A stretch of 64,000 bases of DNA from a virus. Made by a program: the position numbers and the translations under genes. Location: the IMG/VR virus record IMGVR_UViG_3300033489_000004, positions 1 through 64,000 of that record. One strand, given 5' to 3'. This document shows, piece by piece, positions 38,155 through 47,913 of the stretch (positions are counted from its first letter, which is position 1; the number at the start of each line of letters is the position of its first letter). Below the pieces are notes generated by a model that saw only the letters and a list, made by a program, of their open reading frames with translations, was not told where the DNA came from and did not search any database.

Positions 38155-41100
38155 TTAGAAAGTTATTCTTTCCCCTATACTTTTTCTTATATATCCCTCT
38201 GGTTCATTTTTCCCATTTCTATACGGATAAAATGGACAAGAATTATCTGGACAATTTTTTCTTACAGAAGGGGAACCTCCACAGCACCAGGTACAAAATT
38301 CTTTCATAGCTAATGCTTTTGTAAAGATTTTTTTACCTGTATAGCCTTTTGTATTCTTTTTTCCTGTTCTGTAAACAAAAATTGTACAATCTGTTCCTTG
38401 GCAATTAAGTATCAATTTAGAGTTTCCACTACATTCTGAGCATAAAAGATGAATAGATTGATATCTTGAATAAGGTTTATCCCCCGCATACTTTTTTCTA
38501 CTGTGTTTTTTATGCCCTTTTTGAAAAGCCATTATTACTATCCTTCCACATTAATTGATATCCAGTTATTACATTGAATACAGGTATTATGGATTTCAAA
38601 ACTTTTTCCTTCTGATTTATATTGATATATTGTTCTTTTTTCTAGTGTGCAATCAAAGTCTTTTGTTTGAAAATAGTTAAGTGGTTGAGCTTCTCCACAA
38701 AAGGGGCAATATAAAACAGTATCTACTGTATCAAACATTCCCATTAAATTACTCCTTTCTATTTAAATATACTATTGAAAAGTAGTCAAACATAACTAAT
38801 GAATACTAATGCCCATATACCATTTGCTAGATGCTGTATTGCACGGGATATTTCAATTAAAGCTTTTGCTTCAGTCATTATATTTCCCCCATTACTCGCT
38901 CGCCCACACAAACAATATCTACAAAATCGGATGCGGAAATAATAATTTCTTTATTGTCTTTTGTAGTTAGTTTCATTACCCCTTTTTCAGGGATATTCAA
39001 AGAAATCCTTTTTATTTCTATATCAATTTCTTTATTTTTATTCAGTATTCTTACTATCATTCTTTATTCCTCCAGATTTCTCCAGTATTTGTAATAATCT
39101 CTATATCATAAGGGGAGGGGTTTTGTAATTCTATGGATTTTATTTCTCTACTTATTTCTTCTACTACTATGTCAACATCCTTTTTTACTGTTTCCCAGGT
39201 TGTTCTGTTTTTTGTATGGTAGTGTAAGGATTCGTGGTATTCTTCATGGAACCCAAAATTTTTTAGGTGGTTTTTTAAACCCACAGAATTTACACAGACT
39301 ATTTTTGCACTTTTGCCAAGAGTATTAAAATAAAAAAATACACGAAAACCAAGGTTTTTATTACTTATCATTTTTACTTCCTCCTTCTACTATGGGTATG
39401 TTGAGTTATCCACTTACCTTCTCGGTGGCTACAAACCACCCAAATAACTAAACAAATAATAATTGCAATCATCTTTACCTCCTAATACTATTATAACATA
39501 CTTTACGCTTTTTGTAACTATTTTATTACGCACCGCGTAACCTAAATCATTTAGAGCGTAGCTCGTCGGCGACTACCTAAAAACCCCAGCTAGAAAGCTT
39601 GATAATTTACTTGCCAACCAATCTATAACACAAAGTAAATCAAACAAAACAACTAACGGCCAGATAAAAACAAAAAATCCAGAATCTAAATAGTCTTCTA
39701 CATAGTAAGGATCTCTAAAAATCCCAACAATAAAATAAATATAGCGCCTAATCCTCCTCTAAATCTAATCCCCTAGCTAACTTAGCACACGCTATTTGAA
39801 AAACACAACACATACAAGTACTAACTTCAGCTTCTTGACAAGCGGCAAACCAAAAATCTAGGGCATCCCTCTCTCTTTCAGTTATCTTGATAACCCAATT
39901 TTTTTCAACTTCCATTTTTTCTTATCCTCCTTTCCCATAAAAAGGGCAGTATAAAATATCACTTACTCTATCATACATTCCTATTATTTACAAACCCCCT
40001 TATTAATACAGTTATTTAGGATATGATCACTACAGTTACTACAAAGGGCAAGATCTTTTTTATAGTGGGGATTATCTGTAAGTTTGTCTTGATATTTGAA
40101 TGTAACAGTAACACAAACCCGTTCAAAAAACTCCCCACACTTGTCACAACGAAATCCTTTAGGCATTTTGATTACTCCTTTCCTTTATAATATTTTACTT
40201 TGTTATTATAGTCAATACACACACCTAAACAGTTTTCTCTACAAATTTTATCCTTCATAGAGTCATGGTCTTTAAACCATTCTTTTATTTTCAGTTATGT
40301 GGTAATTCTTAACAATTGCCCCCTCTAAAAAATGGTTTTCGTCGATATCTACCTAAATAGCCCCCCAATTTACGGCCACACCAACCAATACCACAAACAA
40401 TTAACCAAGGGACTGCAAAAGCCCAAAAAGCAGTAAGAAATATTACAGTCATTCCAAGATCAAAATTAGAGTAATTTTCTTCTTCATTAAGCATTACTGC
40501 AAGCATACCAATTAAAAACCCCGCTACCAAATAAAGAGTTAAACCAAAATACCCCATTAGTTCTCCTTTATATTAGCTTACTTAATAGTCCCACACACAG
40601 GATCAAGAACATAAAATCGACCACCATAAAAATAATACTACGTAGAAGAGATATCAAAAAAAGACACATTCTATCATTCTGACTATTTAATTGAGTACTC
40701 CAGGCCCACGTTCCTAAAAATAATATAAGGGTTAGCATTAAATTTTCTCCTTTTTATTTAATACTACCACAAATATCTTTATTAATCAAGGTATTTTTAC
40801 ATTTAATAGGGGGTTTTTTAACATTTAAAATACAGTTTTTTCATAAGATAGGTCTGTACACCTAAAGTGTGCTGAGAGACCTATTTCCCCTGGTTATGTC
40901 TATGATAGGGGGTACATCTAATAGCTAGTGCAATATAATTAAGCATTATAATGCATCTGACCTGGTCTTTAACAAGCTGGACTATGAAAATCGAAACCTT
41001 GACACTATTAATGTAACAGTTCTACTGTCATATAGCAATCTTCTCAGCCTACATAGCCTCAGACTTAATGATCTTGATTCTAAGCTACCTTTGTTCTTGC

Positions 41101-42236
41101 CTTGGTATTACCCTACCTGTTTAGTATTCTCTCTTCTCTTGTTATTAGTGTTGGCCGGTTTCATGTGAAACCAAGAGATTCCCGGATATCATACTGTCCG
41201 AGAGTCTCTAATATTGATTCTGACAGGCTTTTATATATCCCCGGTATATTACCCTTAAGGGCAAAGAAAAAGACCCTCAAAGCTAACTCTAAGGGTCTTG
41301 ATTGTTCGTCGTGCTTTGCCTCTATCTGTATGGGTCTCCCCCTGCCTCAAGAATATCAGCGCAACACTCGCAAAGTATATACATTTTCGACCTCCTAACT
41401 GTTCGCGATTTTCCTAATAATGTTGATACTGTCGGCAACATTATAGGTCTGTTTTTCATTGATCTTGGTTATGTGAATATTCCAGGTTTTGAGTTTGTGT
41501 GCTCCAATGTCCTTCGCCGTATTGTCATTCTTTGCGATTACCAGGCAAGATCTGCTCTGCTGATTGTTGTCAATCACTCGATAGAGATCCATTTTTCATC
41601 CTCTCTTAATTATGGTGCTGTTGTTCGTTCGCTATCTGAGATGATACTATACGTGTTCGACCCCCCCCAATATTTCGTGTAGTCCGTATTCTTTTACGAC
41701 TAAGCTCCCTCGGACATTCGCCGATACTCTCACCTGAAACCCAAATTCTGACAGTTCGATAATGTAGTTCGGCTGCGGTAGCAACTTTTGGTGGATGATC
41801 TTTTGTGCTTTAATTCTTTCTTCTTGTGTCATGATTCAAACCTCCTAAAGATTTTTGTCAATTACTAATTCACAGGTTTCCCCGCAGATTTTTTTGTGCT
41901 TACAATCGGAGCAGCATGAATCTAGGCAGTCGTCGTACCGGCAGTCCAGCATTCCCGGATGCTGACAATCTAGACAACCGGGAAAATCTTCCGAGGGTAT
42001 GACATACTGACAAAGCTTTTTTACTTTTGCTTGCCGTTTTGCTTTTGTGCTTTCCATTGTTACCTCCTTTTCATTTCTTTACTTAGTTGTTCATTTGCGA
42101 TTTGGAGTTCTTTCAAATAGTTGTTTGGATCGACTTCCACCGCCCGCAGTTTGCCATTGACGATAGTTACCACCTGTGATCTTCTAGTTCCCTTTTCTAG
42201 ACTTTTGATGTATTCCTTGTCAAGTTTGACTGCCAT
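38155..42236 (-). other. cluster of small minus-strand hypothetical ORFs, several Cys-rich or membrane (38155-38532, 38538-38744, 38878-39060, 39057-39371, 39984-40166, 40309-40557, 41395-41592, 41647-41832, 41845-42057, 42060-42236)
   Basis: ORF track; most have AGGAG-type RBS. Confidence 0.55.
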
Positions 42237-42256
42237 TTTCTTTCCTCCTAGTATAT

Positions 42257-42284
42257 ACATCGGTCTATGATCAGAAAAACTTTA
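42257..42284 (-). promoter_or_regulatory. sigma-28-type promoter P1
   Basis: TAAA-gtttttctgatcatag-ACCGATGT (N16), upstream of RBS and ATG 42236. Confidence 0.7.
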
Positions 42285-42555
42285 GCCCTGTATATAGTAT
42301 TCGACGCTGGTCTTCCATTTACCTTTATTTTTCCGGGCTTTTGTCTTAATACTTCTTGTGTTTTGATTATCTCAGCATACTATATATTGTGTATATTTTA
42401 CCAGGCTTTGCCCTGTTTTGTTCAATACCTGCTAGATGAGTCGTTGAGAGCAACTCTAAGAGGTTTTTATGGTATGCTTAATGGTTTAGTATTCAAGGTA
42501 GATTTTCAAGGGCTTAAATCGCAAATAAGAGCCTCAAAATTTTTGGTTTTAACTA

Positions 42556-42583
42556 TTAAGTTTTGCCCGGAAAATGTCGATAA
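42556..42583 (+). promoter_or_regulatory. sigma-28-type promoter P2
   Basis: TTAA-gttttgcccggaaaat-GTCGATAA (N16). Confidence 0.6.
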
Positions 42584-42757
42584 TATATTTATATGTCAAA
42601 ATACCTTGGAGGTCAATTTGAGCTTGTCAGCAGAGGATAATTTGTCTATTTGTGCAAATAAATATTTGGGCTTTCAGCTAGGTAAGCTTTAGCCCAAGTT
42701 CAGGTAGGCAAGCAACCAGAACAGAACTGAACAGGAATTCAAAAAGTTTCTAAAATG

Positions 42758-42798
42758 AAAAAAGGACCGATTTTTTATTTTCGGTCCCTTCTTCTTTT
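42758..42798. terminator. bidirectional intrinsic terminator
   Basis: A-run, GGACCGA-loop-TCGGTCC, T-rich tail. Confidence 0.65.
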
Positions 42799-42821
42799 CT
42801 CCACGAGGCGGTACAACTTTT

Positions 42822-43828
42822 CTAAAAATTTTGGTTAACTGTATATTGAGCCAACAACAGATTATTTAATGTATCTTTGTCAAAATCTTTTTTCTTCAAA
42901 TTCCTATCAATTGCATCTCTTAATTGACGTCTAATAAAATATAGATCGTCAATTTTTACCGGCTTAAAATTTTCGTACATCTTTTCATTATTTAATGTAA
43001 TTGTAACATCTTTTACTATCTCTATTGCTTCTTCAAAGTCATCCCCATCTATATTAGTTACTAGTTCTTTATCAAAACCATTTGTTACACACTTAAAATT
43101 CTTTTCACTCATTTTAACTCCTTTTTTCGTATCGTTGACAACTATTTACATAAAAAGATTCATCTTGATATGTTTTGGCCGTTATACAATTCTTTTTATG
43201 CTTACAATCATAAGAAGGAAAAATTAACTATTTCTTGTCAAATCTTCTTGGGCTTCCTTGCAAACTCCCCATAGCTCCTGATAATCTGCTATTGCGACTG
43301 CCCATTGCAAAAGATCAGTTCGCAAGCTTGCGTTTTCAATTCCCTGAAAAACTTGATCTTCTACGTATTTTTGAATTTCTTTAGCTGATTTGAATTGTAG
43401 CCAATGATTATAAGTTGTCTCATCATTTGTTAGCCAAAGATTAGTCAGCCATGTTGCCTTGTCTTTGTAACCATTATACTCTTTACACATTTTCAAACTC
43501 CTTTTCTATCGGCTTTTTACTTCTTAATAGTATTATCGGCAAATTAAGCAAAAACCTTTAGACTATTATAAATCTCATTTCTGGTAAGCTCTCCAGAATC
43601 TAACTTTTTCAAAAGTTCTTTTGCTTCTTTTCTTTTGCAAGGTATAGAGGAAAGAATTCTGCTTTCCTTGCTTATAAATTCTGGTAATGTCAATAAAGCT
43701 TTACAATATATCGGCATAGCTAAAAAATCAATATTGTGCTTCTTTTTGAATTCATCCTGCAATTTTGCATGGTTATTATACCACGTTGTTTCTTTTTTGT
43801 ATGTTGTTTGGCTTATATCTCTTCCCAT
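42822..43828 (-). other. three early-type hypothetical ORFs (42822-43112, 43224-43490, 43544-43828)
   Basis: ORF track, each with AAGGAG RBS; 43224 ORF has YNGY..ATWLTNLWLTNDE motif common in phage early proteins. Confidence 0.65.
43533..43560 (-). promoter_or_regulatory. sigma-28-type promoter P3
   Basis: TAAA-ggtttttgcttaattt-GCCGATAA (N16), perfect consensus. Confidence 0.85.
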
Positions 43829-43848
43829 TTTTTACTCCTTTATTTTAG

Positions 43849-43876
43849 TTATCGACACAAACAAGGAAAATCTTTA
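43849..43876 (-). promoter_or_regulatory. sigma-28-type promoter P4
   Basis: TAAA-gattttccttgtttgt-GTCGATAA (N16). Confidence 0.8.
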
Positions 43877-43909
43877 ACATTATTTTAAACAAATTTTTTC
43901 AGAAAAGAC

Positions 43910-43936
43910 TAAAGTTTTTTGAGATTTTGTCGATGT
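43910..43936 (+). promoter_or_regulatory. sigma-28-type promoter P5
   Basis: TAAA-gttttttgagatttt-GTCGATGT (N15). Confidence 0.6.
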
Positions 43937-43977
43937 ATCTTTATAATTTTAGTCAAAATCTAATCTTAGAGTAACGT

Positions 43978-44005
43978 TAAAGATTTTTACTGGTTATGCC
44001 GATAA
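43978..44005 (+). promoter_or_regulatory. sigma-28-type promoter P6
   Basis: TAAA-gatttttactggttat-GCCGATAA (N16), perfect consensus. Confidence 0.85.
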
Positions 44006-44036
44006 TAAAAATAATACAATATAATCAGGAGTTATA

Positions 44037-44363
44037 ATGCAAGAAAAAAGCTGTGAAAACTGTTATAGAAGGTACTGCTTGCACAAAAACAAATTTGTGC
44101 TTTCATGCAGTGACCATTTACCAGAATACAGAACCAAAATAGAAAAGCCAGGAATAAGAGAACGGCAGTTTTCAATAATTCAAAAAATATTAGAGAATAG
44201 TTCAGAAATTACCTTTTCGGATTTAACAGCCTTAGTTAACCGAGAAGTAAAAACATGCAGGCAAACAGTAAGCAAGCTAGCTCAGGATATCGGGCAGGTA
44301 ACGGGGCATAAAAAGCAGGGACATGTCTTGAAAAAACGTCCTATATATGATAGAATTAAATAG
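44037..44363 (+). CDS. putative winged-helix regulator (ArgR-N-like) with Cys-rich N-terminus
   Basis: RERQFSIIQKILENSSEITFSDLTALVNREVKTCRQTVSKLAQDIG. Confidence 0.5.
   Translation: MQEKSCENCYRRYCLHKNKFVLSCSDHLPEYRTKIEKPGIRERQFSIIQKILENSSEITFSDLTALVNREVKTCRQTVSKLAQDIGQVTGHKKQGHVLKKRPIYDRIK
44328..44356 (+). promoter_or_regulatory. sigma70/sigmaA promoter
   Basis: TTGAAA-N17-TAGAAT with TG extension. Confidence 0.6.
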
Positions 44364-44613
44364 AAATGCCAAGTGATTTTTAACAAACTAAACAGGACTT
44401 AACAAGTAAACAAAAGTTAAAAAACGGAAAAGGAAAAATCAAATGAAACTAGGATATATTAAAGTAAGGAAAACCAAAAAGGGATACAAAGCAAAATTAT
44501 TGAACGGCAAACCTATTATGAAAAATCATTTTGAAGAATTGCCGGGTTTTGTAAATCAAAAATTTGCAAGACGGTATGTGGAAAGTCACTGGGAACTACT
44601 GAAAGAGTATAAC

Positions 44614-44641
44614 TAAAGCTTTTTGCTGAACTTGCCGATAA
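44614..44641 (+). promoter_or_regulatory. sigma-28-type promoter P7
   Basis: TAAA-gctttttgctgaactt-GCCGATAA (N16), perfect consensus. Confidence 0.85.
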
Positions 44642-44674
44642 TAGAATTAAGAAGCAAATAAGGGGGAAGTAAAA

Positions 44675-45046
44675 ATGGAATTAGCATTTAATATTTTAAA
44701 GGGGGAAGTATTAACAGATATTACTATATCTGAAGATAAAGAAGAAATATTTTTTGAGACAATAGAAGGGGAATGTTTCAAACTATGCCATCTCCAAAAC
44801 TGATGTGAGTCTGTTACCGTAGAAGATATCTGCGGAAATTTAGATGACTTAATTGGAGAGCCTATTCTCCTTGCAGAAATGGCCACTACCCAGACTAATC
44901 CAGAAGGAATAAGTAAAGAATATCAAGATAGCTTTACTTGGACATTTTATAAATTATCAACAAATAAAGGATCAATTACCATAAGATGGTATGGAGAATC
45001 AAACGGATGTTATTCAGAAGAAGTAGATTTTGTACAAGTAAAATAG
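44675..45046 (+). pseudogene. paralog of 50851-51210 with in-frame TGA at a Cys position (pseudogene or selenoprotein)
   Basis: [55 protein letters not shown]; TGA at 44801-44803. Confidence 0.75.
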
Positions 45047-45057
45047 AAGGAGTAAAA

Positions 45058-46370
45058 ATGAGTTTAGCAAAGGAACTAGACGGAGCACGACTTGTTAAGT
45101 ACGACGATCAACTTGATGCTGTAATTGTTTGGTTCGGCGGGAGCGGTATAACAGCCTATACTTCAGAAGGAAAAGAGTTTGCTTTCTGGAATTTACATTC
45201 TGATAAAGATTTTCCAACACAAGAAGAAGTAGAAACAAATATTGCTAGGCATATCAAAAACCAGGACTATTTAGAATTGTACTCATGGGAAGGAGCTTAT
45301 TAGAATGGCTATAGTAAAAAGTGTAGGTGTATTTGGTGGACCTCTTGGAAGTTATGGTTTTAGAAGGGGTAAGTGGTTGGCGGCACTAGAGGACGGAACA
45401 AAATTTGAGTTTTTCGCTTCTATCAGCCACAGCTTAGATTTGTGGATGCAAGAAAAAATGCTAATAGAGAATGCACAAGCAAAACTAGATAAGGAAGTAG
45501 GTTGATTATGGGTCTTTCAATGGAAGAAGTAAAGGCAAAGAATCTATATAGAGGAGATGCTTTAAAATAGATAAAGTAATACGAATAGGAACAATTCCCT
45601 ATGGAGACAGTAGAAAAAGTATCTACTGTAAAATTAAGTTTACAGACGGAAAACTTAGTATTTCCGGTGCAGTAGACCCTAGATCGAATAATACCACAAT
45701 TACCTGTGGACAAATTCAGAGCATAATACAAATAGCTTTAACTAATCAAGATATCCAGTATGCCAAAGACTGGAACAATGAGCTTGTTGTGGCTTTTCTT
45801 AGCGTTTGGAATCGCTGGCACCCAAAAGATATAAGTATAAGTTCAGTTACTTGGAAGTGTAAAAATAAAATCAGTATGTGGGCATAAAGGAGGAAAATAA
45901 AATGGATCTTAAAGACTTACCAAAAGAATCTCAGTGCTATGACTGCAAACATCAAAGGAACTGTATATCAGCTACAATGTATCAAGATGAAGGATTTTAC
46001 TTTAATTCCTGCCAGAGGTATGAGACATCCGGCGAGCACCAGTTATTTATCGGCTCATTGCATGACGCACAAGCTCATTGTAAATGTGGATGGCGTTATG
46101 CTGTTTCCGGTTCGCGAACCAAGGATGAAATAATGGTAGAGTACCTAAAGCACATAGGAGAATACTATGAGCAAAAATGATTATTCTGTGACTGTGGGCG
46201 ATTGGTTTTATAGTGAAAAAGACGGCAGTTATTATCACTTTTGCCCAAAATGCAAGACGTATAAGAAATGTGTATCAATAACTGATATAGAAGAATCTAG
46301 GCATTACCTAGAATGTAAGCATTCTGTAGTTGTGAGTATACTAACAGGTAACACTGTAAAGGAGAAGTAA
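45058..46370 (+). other. small hypothetical ORFs (45058-45303, 45305-45505, start-less 45567-45887, 45902-46180, 46167-46370)
   Basis: ORF track plus manual translation. Confidence 0.5.
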
Positions 46371-46372
46371 TA

Positions 46373-47728
46373 ATGGATAAGCCTGTATGTTTTACAGCCA
46401 GCAAGAAGGATTTACAAACAGCTATCTCCAAGGTAAAGTATGGGATTAACAAAAAAACTCCTTTGCCTATCCTTGGAGGTTACTTGTTTGAGGTCAGCGG
46501 TGAGCAAGTCACTGTGAGGTCAACTGATTTAGAGGTTGAGATAGAAACCAGCGTAGAAAATGCACAGCTAAGTTCTGATTATCTTCCTGGAGGACGTTTT
46601 GCAGTTGATGCACGAACGCTTGAGAAGATTTTGAAGACACTGCCCAACGAAGAAATAGAATTGCATTATTGTGCTGAAGAAGAAGATTCTTGGAGTCTTG
46701 GAATTTCTACGAAGGATACAGCATTGCATATTTCTACTCTTAATGCCGAAGATTTTCCACCTAGCTTGGCACTAGAAAAAATAGATTTTCAAGCTGTTGT
46801 AACCGAACTAGCTTTAGTCGCCGCACTAACCAGAGTTCTTCCGGCTGTTAGCACAGATGATACACGACAAGTTTTAACCAATGTTTTGCTCAAGTACAAG
46901 GATATGCACATGCACTTAGTGGCTACAGACAGCTATCGACTTGCACAAGATCAGATAGAAACATATGAGGCTGAAGTATTCACGAACAGGAAACCAGTTG
47001 TGCTTGTTCCAGCATATGCTGTTAGAAAGTTGTTAAAAATCATGGGCAAAGAGGGTGAAGTTCTGATTAAAATAGACTTGGGTGTAACTGGAAGGATAGA
47101 ATTTATCGCTCAAGATGCACGGATGGTAGCAAGACTAGCAGAAGGAGAATTCCCGAAGTACGAACAGCTCTTGCCAGAGTTTTACTATCTGGATGTGCTA
47201 GTCGATAGGCAAGCATTACTGTCCGCTGTCGAACGAGCAAGTGCAATATTGGAAACACCAAGAGCAAATTCTTATAGTGAAAATCCTTACTTTGTTCAAC
47301 TTGAAACTGGAGGCACGAAACTGTATTACCCATTGACCATTACAGCGAAGCAAGAGGATAATACAGTTGTAGAAGAAGTCAAAGCCATCGTAGAAGTGAA
47401 TTCTCGACTTGCAAAAGAAACAGCCAAAGAAGAAGCTAACTTGCTAAAGTTGGAAAAAAAGTACTCGGCTACAATCGAAGATGATACAGATTTGCTAGTT
47501 GGGTTAGAAATGTCTATGTCTAGATCAAAAAGTAATATTTTGAAAATGAAAGCTATTCAAGATAAAAGTGTCTGTATAGGTTTCAATCCAGATTTTCTAC
47601 TTGACGGTCTAAAGGCACTTGAAGGGGATACAATTTCGCTACAACTAATGTCAGCGGAAAATCCTGCCCTGTTGGAATCGACTACAAACTATTCATATCT
47701 GTTAATGCCTGTAAGATTAGGAGGATAA
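46373..47728 (+). CDS. dnaN: DNA polymerase III beta sliding clamp with extra insertion
   Basis: PILGGYL, STDLE, AEDFP, AVSTDDTRQVLT, VATDSYRLA, RLAEGEFPKYEQL, IGFNPDFLLDGL, YLLMPVR. Confidence 0.93.
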   Translation: MDKPVCFTASKKDLQTAISKVKYGINKKTPLPILGGYLFEVSGEQVTVRSTDLEVEIETSVENAQLSSDYLPGGRFAVDARTLEKILKTLPNEEIELHYCAEEEDSWSLGISTKDTALHISTLNAEDFPPSLALEKIDFQAVVTELALVAALTRVLPAVSTDDTRQVLTNVLLKYKDMHMHLVATDSYRLAQDQIETYEAEVFTNRKPVVLVPAYAVRKLLKIMGKEGEVLIKIDLGVTGRIEFIAQDARMVARLAEGEFPKYEQLLPEFYYLDVLVDRQALLSAVERASAILETPRANSYSENPYFVQLETGGTKLYYPLTITAKQEDNTVVEEVKAIVEVNSRLAKETAKEEANLLKLEKKYSATIEDDTDLLVGLEMSMSRSKSNILKMKAIQDKSVCIGFNPDFLLDGLKALEGDTISLQLMSAENPALLESTTNYSYLLMPVRLGG

Positions 47729-47913
47729 AAATGTTAGGAATTATGATCTTGATTGGATGGCATGTGTTTTGTATCGGTATAGCAATAGCTCTTTGGAGTC
47801 AACTAAACAGAAAAGAGGAATAATGACTAAGAAGAAAACAAGCAGACTAAAAAAGCAAAGAGATTTTTCAATTAAAAAGGTGTAAGAGTACGCTAAAGCA
47901 AAGGAGCTAGTAA

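Noticed and set aside
42298-42327. Additional sigma-28 promoter (TAAAG..GTCGAATA, minus strand)
   Set aside because: Spacer of 18 and degenerate -10; not counted
42267-42692. 141-aa plus-strand ORF
   Set aside because: No RBS, overlaps promoters, non-protein-like composition
43544-43828. FlgM mimic (KELLKKLDSGEL)
   Set aside because: Similarity too short; fits generic helical motifs equally well
44576-44587. Self-target of the IscB guide (11/12 match)
   Set aside because: Short, does not extend, and expected by chance in 64 kb of AT-rich DNA
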